NCBI GenBank assembly: GCA_964546555.1 | Contig: CAZJJX010000003.1 | Span: forward strand, 13,139 to 77,138 | DNA from: an uncultured Candidatus Saccharibacteria bacterium | Lineage (GTDB): Bacteria > Patescibacteriota > Minisyncoccia > Phycocordibacterales > UBA5272 | Direction: 5' to 3' | DNA length: 64,000 nucleotides | Shown: positions 27,908 to 38,697 of the stretch, in pieces | How positions within the stretch are numbered: position 1 is the stretch's first letter | Layout: each line of letters begins with the position of its first letter | Position numbers and translations under genes: made by a program | Notes under the pieces: generated by a model | Seen by the model: only the letters and a program-made list of their open reading frames with translations | Database searches by the model: none | What the model was told of the DNA's origin: nothing

Positions 27908-28528
27908 TTAATGAGCTAAGGTATAAGCATAAACATGGGTTGCGCCAGCTTTTTCAAGAGTTTTCCTTGCCTCCAGGAGTGTGGCGCCGGTTGTTGTTAC
28001 ATCGTCAATAAGTAGGATGTGTGTATTAAGGTTTCTGTTCTTTGTGTAGAATGTATTTTTCTTATTTTTAAGACGTTCATACCGAGATTGTGTGCTTACT
28101 TGTCGTTTTGCAAATAGTGAGGCATGTGTATAAAGCTCAGATTCTGAGCTCTCTAGAGACAAAATATCAGACAGATTGTTCGCTATGCTCTCAGTATGAT
28201 TGTGACCACGTCTGTATTTACGTATTTTTGGCATACCCTTGTACATGGTTAAATCTTTACTAGCATGCAAGATAAGAGGAGGGAGGAGATCTTTTCTGTG
28301 AAAGTATTTTATGGCATGGATTATTTTTTTAACACGTTCATCTTTGAAAGAGTAAGTGCTTGCTATCCATGGGTAGGGTGTGGTATATGCTTTTGATAGC
28401 GTATTAAGACAGGGTGTGCAAAGAGAAGTTTTTTCTTTAGTTGATCTACATAGATAGCACGACACAGGAAAGATACAATCTAAGATCGGATCTAAATACT
28501 TTTTCTTGTTAAGTCGTATCGTCCACAT
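27908..28528 (-). CDS. comF: ComF-family phosphoribosyltransferase-like competence protein
   Basis: Has an N-terminal Cys4 (CYLC...CTPC) and a C-terminal PRTase motif (ILLIDDVTTTGATL). Confidence 0.75.
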   Translation of the reverse strand: MWTIRLNKKKYLDPILDCIFPVSCYLCRSTKEKTSLCTPCLNTLSKAYTTPYPWIASTYSFKDERVKKIIHAIKYFHRKDLLPPLILHASKDLTMYKGMPKIRKYRRGHNHTESIANNLSDILSLESSESELYTHASLFAKRQVSTQSRYERLKNKKNTFYTKNRNLNTHILLIDDVTTTGATLLEARKTLEKAGATHVYAYTLAH

Positions 28529-28576
28529 ACTCTATAAGTGTATAGCAAAAAAGAAAGAAAGATAGTATATACTAGT

Positions 28577-29650
28577 ATGTATATGCTGCAGCTTTTTAAT
28601 AAAGATGAACTTGCACAAGCTATCGGACTCGATATCGGCACATCATCAGTAAAAGTCGTTCAGCTTCGTCGTGAGAAAAATAAAATTATTCTTGATACAT
28701 ACGGTGAAGTTGCACTTGGTCCTTACGCTGGACTTAAGATTGGTCAAGGTGCAAATGTTGGTGATGAAAAATTATTTGAAGCGGTGCAAGACCTCTTTAA
28801 AGAGGCAAAAGTTACTGCTCGCAACACGGTGGTTGCAATTAACCCTTCAGGGGCTTTTGTTTCACTTGTAAAAGTCCCACGAGTAGATGAGGAGCAGTTA
28901 AGAACAATGATGCCACTTGAGGCTCGAAAGTATATCCCAATGCCTCTTACGGAGGTTCAGATGGATTGGTGGCATGTGCCAGATACAGTAAAATTTGGTA
29001 ATGATGAAAAATCAACCAACGTTGTACTTGCTGCTGTAAATAATTCAACACTTATTACCTACGATACACTTGTTAAGAAACTTGAATTAACAAATGTTGA
29101 GTATGAGATTCATGGGTATAGTTTGCTTAGAAGCTCGCCACCTCATACTCATAATATGGTCATGTATGTAGATATTGGAGCAGAAAGTACAGTACTTTCT
29201 CTTGTGTTTCAAGGTATTGTACTCGATATGCATGTTATTTCGCGGGGGTCGCAAGAAAGCACTATGCAAGTCGCAAAAGCACTCTCTGTGACAATTGATT
29301 CTGCTGAAGAAATGAAAAGAGTGCATGGTTATAAAGTTGATGAGGAGAACCCTTATCTGAAAGATATTTTAGAATTATCGAGTTATCCACTGTTTGGGGA
29401 GGTTGCAAGACTATCCCTAATGTACGAAAGAAAGTATAATCAGACTATAGAAGGAATAATTTTAACTGGAGGTGGTGCGCGTGTTCCTGGTATGTTGCCA
29501 ACATATAGTAAAACGGTACATATAGCTGGAAGAATCGTAACGCCATTTGAACAAGTGATTGTACCTGAGTTTTTAACAGAGATGATGGAGCGAGTTGGTC
29601 CAACATACGCTGTTGCTCTCGGATGCGCACTTAAAAAATTAATTTCTTAA
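28577..29650 (+). CDS. pilM: type IV pilus assembly protein PilM (actin-like ATPase fold)
   Basis: GLDIGTSSVKVVQL near the N-terminus and GIILTGGGARVPG near the C-terminus. It is the first gene of the pilus cluster. I chose the ATG at 28577 over the GTG at 28538. Confidence 0.75.
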   Translation: MYMLQLFNKDELAQAIGLDIGTSSVKVVQLRREKNKIILDTYGEVALGPYAGLKIGQGANVGDEKLFEAVQDLFKEAKVTARNTVVAINPSGAFVSLVKVPRVDEEQLRTMMPLEARKYIPMPLTEVQMDWWHVPDTVKFGNDEKSTNVVLAAVNNSTLITYDTLVKKLELTNVEYEIHGYSLLRSSPPHTHNMVMYVDIGAESTVLSLVFQGIVLDMHVISRGSQESTMQVAKALSVTIDSAEEMKRVHGYKVDEENPYLKDILELSSYPLFGEVARLSLMYERKYNQTIEGIILTGGGARVPGMLPTYSKTVHIAGRIVTPFEQVIVPEFLTEMMERVGPTYAVALGCALKKLIS

Positions 29651-29663
29651 AAAGTACACTACT

Positions 29664-30410
29664 ATGGCATTCTCATTTACACCAGGACAAATAGCACCAC
29701 AAGGAAGCGCTACTATGCAGCCACCAGCAGGCGGTGCTCCTGGTGCTGCGCCTGGAGCGGGAATAAGTCTTGGTTCGGCTCCAGTTGAGTCTACTTCACC
29801 TTTTTTGTTTATACGTGATAAAGCAGCAGGTAAGCCTATCTCTGTATTGGCGTGTGCGCAGATTATTCTTGTTGTTGTTGCAATCTTATCAGTTATCGTC
29901 TGTGCTACTCTTTATGGATACAGTCTTTACTTAACTCAGAAAATTGAGAAGAATAAGGAGATTCTTCTTGCTGCAGATTCGTCTGTGCCTGATTACCCAT
30001 ATGAAAAAATGTTAAAGCTTTCAAAGCGAATGGCAACTTTGGATAAAGTTTTGCAAAGATATGTATCTCCACGTGCACCCCTTAAGTTTTTAGAAAATGT
30101 TGTAGAGAATCAGGTTTATTTCGACAAGTTTTTGTTGTCACGTGATAACAGAAGTTCAGATTTTATAGTTTCTTTTATGGCGGTATCAACAAACTATAAA
30201 GTGCTTATACAGCAATTACAAGCGCTTAACTTAAATGAGTACAAAAAAGTTATTCAAAATCCAAAACTCTCTGGTCTCTCAGACAAGAGTTCTACAGTTA
30301 AAATTAACGTCAGTGCCCCAGTCTTTGTTCAGGGTAAACTACCTGAAGAAATTAGTTTTATTGATTCAACTGCTAAAAATAGTTCGTCTACACCAAAAAA
30401 TGAACCGTAG
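29664..30410 (+). CDS. PilN-like bitopic pilus assembly protein (tentative)
   Basis: Has a Pro/Gly/Ala-rich N-terminus, a single TM helix and a periplasmic-type domain. It sits immediately after pilM. The call rests on context only. Confidence 0.4.
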   Translation: MAFSFTPGQIAPQGSATMQPPAGGAPGAAPGAGISLGSAPVESTSPFLFIRDKAAGKPISVLACAQIILVVVAILSVIVCATLYGYSLYLTQKIEKNKEILLAADSSVPDYPYEKMLKLSKRMATLDKVLQRYVSPRAPLKFLENVVENQVYFDKFLLSRDNRSSDFIVSFMAVSTNYKVLIQQLQALNLNEYKKVIQNPKLSGLSDKSSTVKINVSAPVFVQGKLPEEISFIDSTAKNSSSTPKNEP

Positions 30411-30431
30411 TAATTATATTTATTAATATTT

Positions 30432-31025
30432 ATGTCACCAAAACTTCTCAACATACTTCTGATACTTATACCAGCAATGCTGTATTTGGGAGTGTTTAAG
30501 CCGCTCTATCTTGGTCAGCCTGGTATTGTTTGGACTCCTGAGTTTACAATTGGTGGACTACAGGCCTCAGATGTTCAATATCAGAACACCATCAATCTTG
30601 TTGAAGATGTAAAGAGAAAAATGGAAAAAATTAATAAAGAGTATCTTGCTGTTGGTACCACAACCACCAACCGAGTTGAAACAATGTTACCAGATTCAAT
30701 CAATCCAATCAGATTGCAAAATGAAGTTGTTTCAATTGCGAATGCTGCCGGAGTTTCGTTGCAAGGTTTAACTATTAAAGAAGATGGTAAACTTCCTGTT
30801 CCTGGAACTGGTGCATATTTGATAACTTTTACAATGAAAGCTAGATATCCAGTAATTAAGGCAGTTCTTGAAGCATATGAAAAGAATCTTCGTGTCTATT
30901 CTACTGAAAGCTTTAATATAGACAGACAGGATCCTGAGGGTCTTTCAGATTTAGAATTAAAGAATTTTGATAAAGAAGCATTGGTCGCTGCTGTTTCTTA
31001 TAAAGTTTATTATTTAAAAAAGTAG
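30432..31025 (+). CDS. PilO-like bitopic pilus assembly protein (tentative)
   Basis: Has an N-terminal TM helix and a coiled region. The call rests on position in the cluster only. Confidence 0.4.
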   Translation: MSPKLLNILLILIPAMLYLGVFKPLYLGQPGIVWTPEFTIGGLQASDVQYQNTINLVEDVKRKMEKINKEYLAVGTTTTNRVETMLPDSINPIRLQNEVVSIANAAGVSLQGLTIKEDGKLPVPGTGAYLITFTMKARYPVIKAVLEAYEKNLRVYSTESFNIDRQDPEGLSDLELKNFDKEALVAAVSYKVYYLKK

Positions 31026-31027
31026 TT

Positions 31028-31372
31028 ATGCAAATAAGTCTTGAAAAATTCGCATTGTTTATGACAGGGGTTGTCTCAGTAGGTCTTTTTTTGGGAGTAG
31101 GTTATTTTTTCTATGTTGTTTTTTTCACCGGCCCAAAACCAGACGATGTACCTGCCCTTAGTGTTGCCAGTGTCGCTTCTTTTAGTCCTAAGTTGCAAAA
31201 AGCAGCAGCAGCAATTATCGAACCTACAGCTAAAGTAAATCTAGATAAAAATAGTCTCATGTTTATGGAGACACCAATTTATAAGTCATTTACTGATGAG
31301 CCAGCAATTGTGGCAACTAGTACAGTTCGTGGTCGCGATAATCCATTTATTCCGACCTATGTTACTCCTTGA
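31028..31372 (+). CDS. small membrane protein of pilus cluster, hypothetical
   Basis: 114 aa with one TM helix. It is tightly coupled to its neighbours. Confidence 0.4.
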   Translation: MQISLEKFALFMTGVVSVGLFLGVGYFFYVVFFTGPKPDDVPALSVASVASFSPKLQKAAAAIIEPTAKVNLDKNSLMFMETPIYKSFTDEPAIVATSTVRGRDNPFIPTYVTP

Positions 31373-33116
31373 TCTTTTTGTTAGTCAAAATAAATTAACA
31401 GAAATCGAAGCAAAAGAAATCGATGCAAGTGTCTCCTCAAATGAGGGGGTTCTTGTTGATGATTTGCTTGCAAAGAAAAATATTACAAGTGACGAAATTA
31501 CTGAGGTGCGTAGCACACTCCACGGCCTTCCGATATATCGTGGTGACATAGGTGATAACAAGGATCTTACAAAATATATTAACGTTGTTCAGTCCAAGCA
31601 GTTTTTGGCAGTTCCGCTTGAGATAAAGGATGAAGTGTTACTTGTTGGTGTTGTAGACCCAGAACACGGTAATGTTCTTGCGAGTTTACAATTTTTGTTT
31701 GGGGCGGACCATCAGGCATATAAGGTTTATCTTATCACTTATGATGCATTCAAGAAGCATTTTGGAATCCTTTCACCTGAAGATCTTGAAGAAAAAGCAA
31801 GTGTAACTGATCAGGTTGATAACGAGGTACTTTCGTATGTTTCGAAGGAAGATGATAAGTTAGATGATGATGAAGAAGAAGATAAGGATGGTGAAATAGA
31901 TCTTGAAAATGCTAATGCAAGCCTTGATAAAAACCTAGCGAAGCTTCCTGTTCCTGAAATTTTCAGTACGATTCTACGTTATGCTATTGATAATACGGCT
32001 TCCGATATCCATATAGAACATACTGGCCTTGCAGTTAGAACTCGTGTTCGTATGGATGGACGACTCGAACAAATTGCAGCGCTTCCTGCAAAAATACATC
32101 CAATGCTTATCGCGCGTATTAAGATTCTTTGCGCAATGAAGCTTGATGAAAAAAGAAAGCCTCAAGATGGACGTTTCAGTACAAAATTCGGTGACCGAAA
32201 GATCGACTACCGTGTATCGTCATTTCCTGGTTATTATGGAGAAAAGATCGTGATCCGTATTCTTGATAGTATTAAGGGTGTAAAATTGCTCAATGATCTT
32301 GGGTTTTCTACACTACAGATGAAGCAGATTCGAGATGCGCTAGGCGCTCCGTATGGCATGGTGCTTATTTCTGGACCTACTGGATCTGGAAAGACTACAA
32401 CACTCTATTCTATGCTTAATGAAATTGACCGAGACCATAAGAACGTGGTTTCTCTTGAGGATCCTATTGAATATAACGTAGGAGGAATGAATCAGTCACA
32501 GGTGTTCCCAGATATTGGGTACACGTTTGCTTCTGGGCTTCGTTCGATTCTTCGTCAAGACCCTGACGTAATCATGGTGGGAGAAATTCGTGACGGCGAA
32601 ACTGCTCAGCTCGCAATCCAAGCTGCGCTCACTGGTCACTTGGTATTCTCAACAATCCACACCAATACGTCCATAGGTGTAATTACACGTTTGCTGGACA
32701 TGGGAATTGAGCCCTATCTTATTGCTCCAGTGTTGGTTGCTGCGCTTGGCCAGCGTCTCTCTCGTAGAATTGCTGAGGATTGTGGTAAGCCTATGGAAAT
32801 GACACCATCGCTTAAAGAAATGGTAGAGAAGCAATTTTCTGACCTTCCTCAAGAATTTAAAAAAGAGTTTCAAATTGATCGACCGCTCTATGAAGCTGTG
32901 CCAAGTGCTCAATTCCCAACTGGTATGAAGGGGCGTGTGCCTGTGTTTGAAGTTTTGTCTATTACCGATGAAATTGAAGAAGCTATACTTCGAAGTAAAG
33001 GAGAAGAAGTTATTCGCGAGCTTGCCCGAAAAAACGGCATGATTACCATCAAGGAAGATGCAATGCTTAAGTGTATGGGTGGCCTCGTGCCATTTATTGA
33101 TCTTGCAGAGCTTTAG
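31359..33116 (+). CDS. pilB: type IV pilus extension ATPase PilB (GspE family)
   Basis: Contains Walker A (SGPTGSGKTTT), the Asp/His boxes (MVGEIRD, GHLVFSTIHTN) and an N-terminal T2SSE_N-like domain. The start at ATG 31359 overlaps the upstream gene by 14 nt. Confidence 0.9.
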   Translation: MLLLDLFVSQNKLTEIEAKEIDASVSSNEGVLVDDLLAKKNITSDEITEVRSTLHGLPIYRGDIGDNKDLTKYINVVQSKQFLAVPLEIKDEVLLVGVVDPEHGNVLASLQFLFGADHQAYKVYLITYDAFKKHFGILSPEDLEEKASVTDQVDNEVLSYVSKEDDKLDDDEEEDKDGEIDLENANASLDKNLAKLPVPEIFSTILRYAIDNTASDIHIEHTGLAVRTRVRMDGRLEQIAALPAKIHPMLIARIKILCAMKLDEKRKPQDGRFSTKFGDRKIDYRVSSFPGYYGEKIVIRILDSIKGVKLLNDLGFSTLQMKQIRDALGAPYGMVLISGPTGSGKTTTLYSMLNEIDRDHKNVVSLEDPIEYNVGGMNQSQVFPDIGYTFASGLRSILRQDPDVIMVGEIRDGETAQLAIQAALTGHLVFSTIHTNTSIGVITRLLDMGIEPYLIAPVLVAALGQRLSRRIAEDCGKPMEMTPSLKEMVEKQFSDLPQEFKKEFQIDRPLYEAVPSAQFPTGMKGRVPVFEVLSITDEIEEAILRSKGEEVIRELARKNGMITIKEDAMLKCMGGLVPFIDLAEL

Positions 33117-33229
33117 AATTTTTTCTACACAGTTATCCAGTTGTGTTTACTTCGCTGCACGTTATACTTAGATATATCAGGATAAATGTCGTGCTTGCGT
33201 TATTTACTCTATAAACTATAAAGGATTTT

Positions 33230-34288
33230 ATGAACTACAAAACAGAACTTGATGATATTGTGATGACGCTTGTAAAGGAGGGTGGTTCTGATATTCACTT
33301 TACTGTAGGTAATCCGCCTATTCTCCGTATTAACAGAGAACTTATCCCGCTTACACGAAAACCAGAATTAACAGCGGAGCATACGCTTGGTTTTCTTCAT
33401 GAAATGATCGAAGAAAAGTTACTTACAAACTTTGTTGTGTCACAAGAACTTGATTTTTCATACGAACATAGAGGGGAGTACCGTCTTCGTGGTAATGCAG
33501 CTTTCCAAAAAGGTGTTATTTCTGTAACACTTCGACTTATTCCACGAGTGAGATCTCTTGCGGAGCTTGCGTTACCTGAGCAACTTATTCATATTTCACG
33601 AGAACGACAAGGATTCTTTCTGGTTGTGGGTTCTGTAGGTCAAGGAAAATCAACGACGCTTGCTGCGATGATTCAACAGATTAACTCAGAGTCAAAGCGC
33701 CATATTTTGACTATTGAAAATCCAGTTGAGTTTCATTTTGATCAAGAAAAGTCACTTATTGAGCAGCGCGAAGTTGGTATTGATACCTCAAGTTTTAGTT
33801 CTGCGCTTGTGCATTCGCTCCGTCAAGATGTAGATGTGATTATGATTGGAGAAATGAGTGATAGAGATACAATGCAAACTGCTGTTACTGCAGCAGAAAC
33901 TGGTCACTTAGTTCTTACAACATTGCATAGTAACTCTGCGGCGCAAACAGTTGATCGTATTATCGACTCTTTTCCTGCAGATCAGCAAAATCAGATTAGA
34001 CTCCAGCTTGCATCATCTCTTATTGGAGTGTTATCGCAACGTCTTATCCCTACAACTACTGGAGGTCTCGTTCCAGTTTTTGAACTTTTGCTTAATACTG
34101 GTGCGGTTGCAAACCTCATTCGTGAAAATAGAACAAATGAAATCGATAATATTATTGAAACCGGAGCAAAAGATGGCATGATTGACCTTGATCGTTATCT
34201 TGCCGATCTCGTAAGAAGGGGTATTGTTGCAAGAGATGTTGCGTATGGATATGTTAGACGTAAGCAGTTGTTTGATAGATTGTTGTAA
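33230..34288 (+). CDS. pilT: twitching motility retraction ATPase PilT
   Basis: 352 aa with GSDIHF, Walker A GSVGQGKSTT, MIGEMSD and GHLVLTTLHSN. Confidence 0.9.
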   Translation: MNYKTELDDIVMTLVKEGGSDIHFTVGNPPILRINRELIPLTRKPELTAEHTLGFLHEMIEEKLLTNFVVSQELDFSYEHRGEYRLRGNAAFQKGVISVTLRLIPRVRSLAELALPEQLIHISRERQGFFLVVGSVGQGKSTTLAAMIQQINSESKRHILTIENPVEFHFDQEKSLIEQREVGIDTSSFSSALVHSLRQDVDVIMIGEMSDRDTMQTAVTAAETGHLVLTTLHSNSAAQTVDRIIDSFPADQQNQIRLQLASSLIGVLSQRLIPTTTGGLVPVFELLLNTGAVANLIRENRTNEIDNIIETGAKDGMIDLDRYLADLVRRGIVARDVAYGYVRRKQLFDRLL

Positions 34289-34293
34289 TAATT

Positions 34294-35520
34294 ATGCTAT
34301 TTCATTATGCGTGGCTCAATGATAACGGGAACAGAGTGGAGGCTGACATCGAAGCGACCTCTCTTGATAATGCTATAGTTCAGATTCAGGGCAAAGGAAT
34401 CAAGACCATTCTTGAGGTTAATGAGAAGATAGATGTTCAGAATAATGTGTTTAAGGCCTTTACGCACTCAAAGCTCTTCAAACAAAAAATTAAGCCAAAA
34501 GATGTCGTTCTCTTCTCAAGACAGGTGTCAACATTGTTTGAAGCGGGGGTGTCTGCACTGCGTGCATTTCGCCTTCTTGCTCAAGAAAATGAAAATAAGA
34601 CTTTGCAGGAAGAAATTATGGCGGTTGCAGATGATATTGAAGGAGGTATTTCACTTTCTGATGCGCTAGAAAAGAGACCAGATCTATTCTCTAACTTTTA
34701 TGTAAACATGGTGAGAGCGGGTGAAGAAAGTGGGAAATTAAACGAAGTGTTCTTGTACCTTGCTGATTACCTTGATAGAAACTATGAGCTTTCACAAAAA
34801 ATTAAGAAAGCGCTTACGTATCCAAGTTTCGTTATTGGAACATTTATCCTTATTATGGTGGGTATGCTTACATTTGTGGTACCAAAAATGGCGAAAATGT
34901 TTGCGGAAGAAGGTGCAACGCTCCCGCTGGTTACTCGTATAGTGCTTTTCATGTCAGATCTGTTTGTAAAATACGGTCCAATTACATTTCCACTTATAGG
35001 TGTTGGGGTTTGGATGTTTATTAGGTGGAAAAATACCGAAGAAGGTGGTCTTGTTGTTGATCAGAAAAGTATGAAAGTCCCTGTCTTTAAGGATGTTATT
35101 CAGAAGATTTTTTTGCAACGACTCGCAGATAACATGAACACGATGCTTTCAAATGGTGTTCCAATTGTTAAGGCGCTTGATATTACGACATCAATTCTTG
35201 AAAATAAAGTGTACAAGCAACTCATGGTTAGAGTTTCTCAGAAAGTGCAAACAGGAAAGTCATTTTCTAAAGCGCTTTATGAAGAGCCTCTTGTGCCTAA
35301 TATTCTTGTACAGATGGTGCATATTGGTGAGGAAACTGGAGAATTGGCATATATTCTTAAGAATCTCGCGTCGTTTTACCGCCGTGAGCTTGATACGGCA
35401 ATCGATAGTATGATTGGTCTTATTGAGCCTGCTATGATTGTTAGTCTTGGTATTGGTGTAGGTGTTCTTGTGTCTGCGATCCTCCTCCCAATGTACTCAC
35501 TTTCAGATGCTATCAAGTAA
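34294..35520 (+). CDS. pilC: type IV pilus platform protein PilC (GspF family)
   Basis: 408 aa with duplicated T2SSF domains and 3 TM segments. Confidence 0.9.
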   Translation: MLFHYAWLNDNGNRVEADIEATSLDNAIVQIQGKGIKTILEVNEKIDVQNNVFKAFTHSKLFKQKIKPKDVVLFSRQVSTLFEAGVSALRAFRLLAQENENKTLQEEIMAVADDIEGGISLSDALEKRPDLFSNFYVNMVRAGEESGKLNEVFLYLADYLDRNYELSQKIKKALTYPSFVIGTFILIMVGMLTFVVPKMAKMFAEEGATLPLVTRIVLFMSDLFVKYGPITFPLIGVGVWMFIRWKNTEEGGLVVDQKSMKVPVFKDVIQKIFLQRLADNMNTMLSNGVPIVKALDITTSILENKVYKQLMVRVSQKVQTGKSFSKALYEEPLVPNILVQMVHIGEETGELAYILKNLASFYRRELDTAIDSMIGLIEPAMIVSLGIGVGVLVSAILLPMYSLSDAIK

Positions 35521-35542
35521 ACAACCGGCATAAGTATTAAGA

Positions 35543-35581
35543 AACAAAAAGAACCTTTGTTTGCAATGGTTCTTTTTGTTT
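35543..35581 (+). terminator. rho-independent terminator after pilC
   Basis: Stem AAACAAAAAGAACC/GGTTCTTTTTGTTT. Confidence 0.55.
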
Positions 35582-35698
35582 CCAATAATCTATGTAGATT
35601 AAGGCTAATTGGTTATCCACATGATTTTTAAAAAATAGTTGTTTTTTGAAATCAGATAGGTATATACTCTATAGTATCTATAAAGATAGAAAAAAATT

Positions 35699-36406
35699 AT
35701 GTCAAACACATTTACAAAATCAGGTTTCCGTGGATTTACACTTATTGAACTCCTTGTGGTGATTGCAATCATCGGTTTGCTCTCCACAATTATTGCGGCA
35801 CCGATTCAGAGTGCTCGTAAAAAAGCGCGTGACGCAAAGAAGATTGCCGAACTTAAGTCAACGCAGCTTGCTCTTGAGCAATACGCTGAATCAAACTCAG
35901 CGCAGTATCCTAATACACTTTCTGCACTTTCACCTCAGTTCATGCCACTCCTCTCATCATTTGCTGCTTCTAGTACTTCAAACCAGCGTGATGCGTTTAC
36001 ATATGCATACTATACCGCGTCAGCATCAGGAGCTGCTTCAACAACATTCTCTTATCACCTTGGTGTTAAGCTAGAAGTATACGGTCCATCACTTGAAACT
36101 GATCGTGACTGTATCGGTGCTACACTTAGTAACTCACTTGTAGATCCTGCATGTGCTGTATATAACGGTAACGCAATGGAAAGTGCAATTGCTCTAACAG
36201 GAAGTCTCCTTTCTACTACGGGTGCAAGTTCTACATGGCATTTAGCTTATCCTACAGCATTCCCAACTGTAAACGGTGGATATAGTGGAGATGACTTTGA
36301 GGCTATTGTAAACCCTGGAACACCATCTAAGCCTTACACAGAAATCTCCACAAGTACCTGTGTTGGTGTTAAAGACTGTATCTTTGACGTAACTTCACAG
36401 CAATAG
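35699..36406 (+). CDS. type IV (major) pilin with prepilin N-methylation motif
   Basis: The motif KSGFRGFTLIELLVVIAIIGLL is a class III signal peptide with G/F cleavage. The gene has its own terminator and a large upstream gap. Confidence 0.8.
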   Translation: MSNTFTKSGFRGFTLIELLVVIAIIGLLSTIIAAPIQSARKKARDAKKIAELKSTQLALEQYAESNSAQYPNTLSALSPQFMPLLSSFAASSTSNQRDAFTYAYYTASASGAASTTFSYHLGVKLEVYGPSLETDRDCIGATLSNSLVDPACAVYNGNAMESAIALTGSLLSTTGASSTWHLAYPTAFPTVNGGYSGDDFEAIVNPGTPSKPYTEISTSTCVGVKDCIFDVTSQQ

Positions 36407-36428
36407 TTTCTATCTTTAATAATCTTAC

Positions 36429-36456
36429 AAAAACCAGAGCATTGCTCTGGTTTTTG
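36429..36456 (+). terminator. rho-independent terminator after pilin gene
   Basis: Stem CCAGAGC-ATT-GCTCTGG followed by TTTTTG. Confidence 0.6.
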
Positions 36457-36526
36457 TTTATATGTACATGGACATGTTTATGTTTGGTTACTATACTAAG
36501 AGTGTTATTATTTACTTTTACATTAT

Positions 36527-37288
36527 ATGTTAGCAATCTTATCTTTTATCTACGGTGCCTCTATTGGAAGTTTTGTACAAGTTGTTGCATCACGACTACA
36601 TGTTGCGCCTATTTTAAAAGGTAGAAGTAAATGTCTTTCTTGTGGAGAGACTCTACATGCATCTGACCTAATACCAGTATTTTCCTATGTCTTTCTTGGG
36701 GGGAAGTGTAGGTACTGTAAGTCTACATACGGGGTGTCTGCACTCGTTATTGAATTACTGTATGGTTTCAGCTTTTTTTTGGTGTATAAGTTGATCGTTG
36801 CAGATTTAGGGCTGTCTCTTGAAGCATTACTCTGGCTTGTATACTACACGCTACTATTTATAGTGCTTGGAGTTATGGCCTTATATGATAAAGCTCATTC
36901 ATACATACCTTCAAAATTCTTAATGGCTTTTCTTGCTTTATGTGGAGTTATCTTTGTTAGAAGAATTATGGAGGATCAAGATATCACCACATGGCTATCT
37001 CCATTTTTTGTGGCTTTACCATTTCTTTCCATTTGGCTCATTTCCAAAGGTAAAGGGCTCGGCTTAGGTGATGTGATACTATTTTTTGGTGTTGGGGCAT
37101 TTTTTGGATCATTGCAAGGATTTGCTGTGCTTATGATTTCTGTATGGCTCGGAGCCCTCTATGGTCTATATATAAAGTTTATTGTTCATAAAAATAAAAA
37201 TAAATTCACTCCTATTCCGTTTGTGCCATTTATCGCTATTGCATTTTTAATTGTCTTGTTTACTGGAGTTGATATATTCTTTTTCTAA
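36527..37288 (+). CDS. pilD: prepilin peptidase (A24 family)
   Basis: Has the N-terminal Cys motif (CLSC...CRYC), a polytopic topology and a GLGLGDV Asp-containing motif. Confidence 0.8.
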   Translation: MLAILSFIYGASIGSFVQVVASRLHVAPILKGRSKCLSCGETLHASDLIPVFSYVFLGGKCRYCKSTYGVSALVIELLYGFSFFLVYKLIVADLGLSLEALLWLVYYTLLFIVLGVMALYDKAHSYIPSKFLMAFLALCGVIFVRRIMEDQDITTWLSPFFVALPFLSIWLISKGKGLGLGDVILFFGVGAFFGSLQGFAVLMISVWLGALYGLYIKFIVHKNKNKFTPIPFVPFIAIAFLIVLFTGVDIFFF

Positions 37289-37354
37289 ATTCTTGTGCAC
37301 AGGTAAATTCATACTAGTACCTATGTGCTCTAGTTTTGATGGTATTATATAGGT

Positions 37355-38023
37355 ATGTTCTTGCGGAAATTAATTTTACTTAAAGCGGTAAGAAAAGGTT
37401 TTACGCTTATTGAGCTTACGATGAGTATTGCGATTATGGGTATTATTCTCGGTATCTCTATGTCCGGTGGACCACAGACACTTATGAGAGTCTCACTTGC
37501 AGATAATGCACACAAGATAGAACTTTCAATGCGAGAAACCCAGCTTCAAGGTAGTACTATTAATTCCCTCAATAATACATTTGGTGGGGCAGGGTTGTAT
37601 TTTTCTCGTGCAACCTCAACGAGAGTTATAAAATTTAAAGATAGAGCTATCCCTGATGAGACGAGAGCTATAAATATCGGCAACGGTCTTTATGATATTA
37701 CTCCTACAAACGAAAAAGTGGAAGAGTATAATATTACAAATGGACATAGAATAGGAAAACTATGTGTTGCAACAACATCCCCGTCAGTATTTTATTGCAA
37801 TGCAGAAAATGATCCTACGATACCTTCTATTAATAATTTAACAGTCTCATTTAGTCGCCCAAAGCAAATAGCACATATTTATATTAATAATTCTACAACA
37901 ACAGACTATGCGGCGGCATGTATTCAGTTTGACTCTACTCGATCACCTGCAAAGGGCTTTGTTCGTTCGGTACTTATTTATAAATCTGGCCTGATTTCAA
38001 GAAAGGTGGACACATGTAACTAA
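37355..38023 (+). CDS. minor pilin-like protein
   Basis: Prepilin motif KGFTLIELTMSIAIMGI. Confidence 0.7.
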   Translation: MFLRKLILLKAVRKGFTLIELTMSIAIMGIILGISMSGGPQTLMRVSLADNAHKIELSMRETQLQGSTINSLNNTFGGAGLYFSRATSTRVIKFKDRAIPDETRAINIGNGLYDITPTNEKVEEYNITNGHRIGKLCVATTSPSVFYCNAENDPTIPSINNLTVSFSRPKQIAHIYINNSTTTDYAAACIQFDSTRSPAKGFVRSVLIYKSGLISRKVDTCN

Positions 38024-38027
38024 TTTT

Positions 38028-38687
38028 ATGACTCTATTTAGAAACCAACTAAAAAAATATGTGGTACAAGGATATTCACTTGTTGAAATTCTTATGGTGC
38101 TCGGTCTTTTTTCAGGGATTGCAACATTATCTTTAGGTGCACTTTTTAATGCACAGTCAGTAAATACTAAACTTCTTGAGACACAAACAATTCTTGATAA
38201 TATGAATCTTTCTTTACAGACGGTGACGCGAGATATCCGTTTTGGTTCAGACTTTTATTGTACTTCTTCACTACCTGTTGGTTTGAGGGCTGCTGTGCCT
38301 ACTGTGCGAAAAAATTGTACAAATATTGATGCTCCAGGTACTGTTCTTGTTTTTAAGCCATCAGATGCAACAAGTGATCTTGATCGTGTTGCATACTATG
38401 TAAGTAATGGGGTTCTTTATAAGGATGTGTATCCATACCTTGGGTCAACAACAATACTTCAAATGACTTCAGATGATGTTACTGTAAATTCATTGTTTTT
38501 TAATGTTGATGGAGCCAATACCTCAAATGGTTCTCTTGATACTGATGATGCTAGTCAGTTTGATTATAGACAACCGATTATTACAATTCGAATTTCTGGA
38601 ACCACAAAACCAACAAAAGCAAACATGAGCCCAACTACTTTCGAGCTACAAACAGCGGTGTCTGCTCGTGAAATAGACAATAAGTAA
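38028..38687 (+). CDS. minor pilin-like protein
   Basis: Prepilin-like motif QGYSLVEILMVLGLF. Confidence 0.65.
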   Translation: MTLFRNQLKKYVVQGYSLVEILMVLGLFSGIATLSLGALFNAQSVNTKLLETQTILDNMNLSLQTVTRDIRFGSDFYCTSSLPVGLRAAVPTVRKNCTNIDAPGTVLVFKPSDATSDLDRVAYYVSNGVLYKDVYPYLGSTTILQMTSDDVTVNSLFFNVDGANTSNGSLDTDDASQFDYRQPIITIRISGTTKPTKANMSPTTFELQTAVSAREIDNK

Positions 38688-38697
38688 GTATACGTAT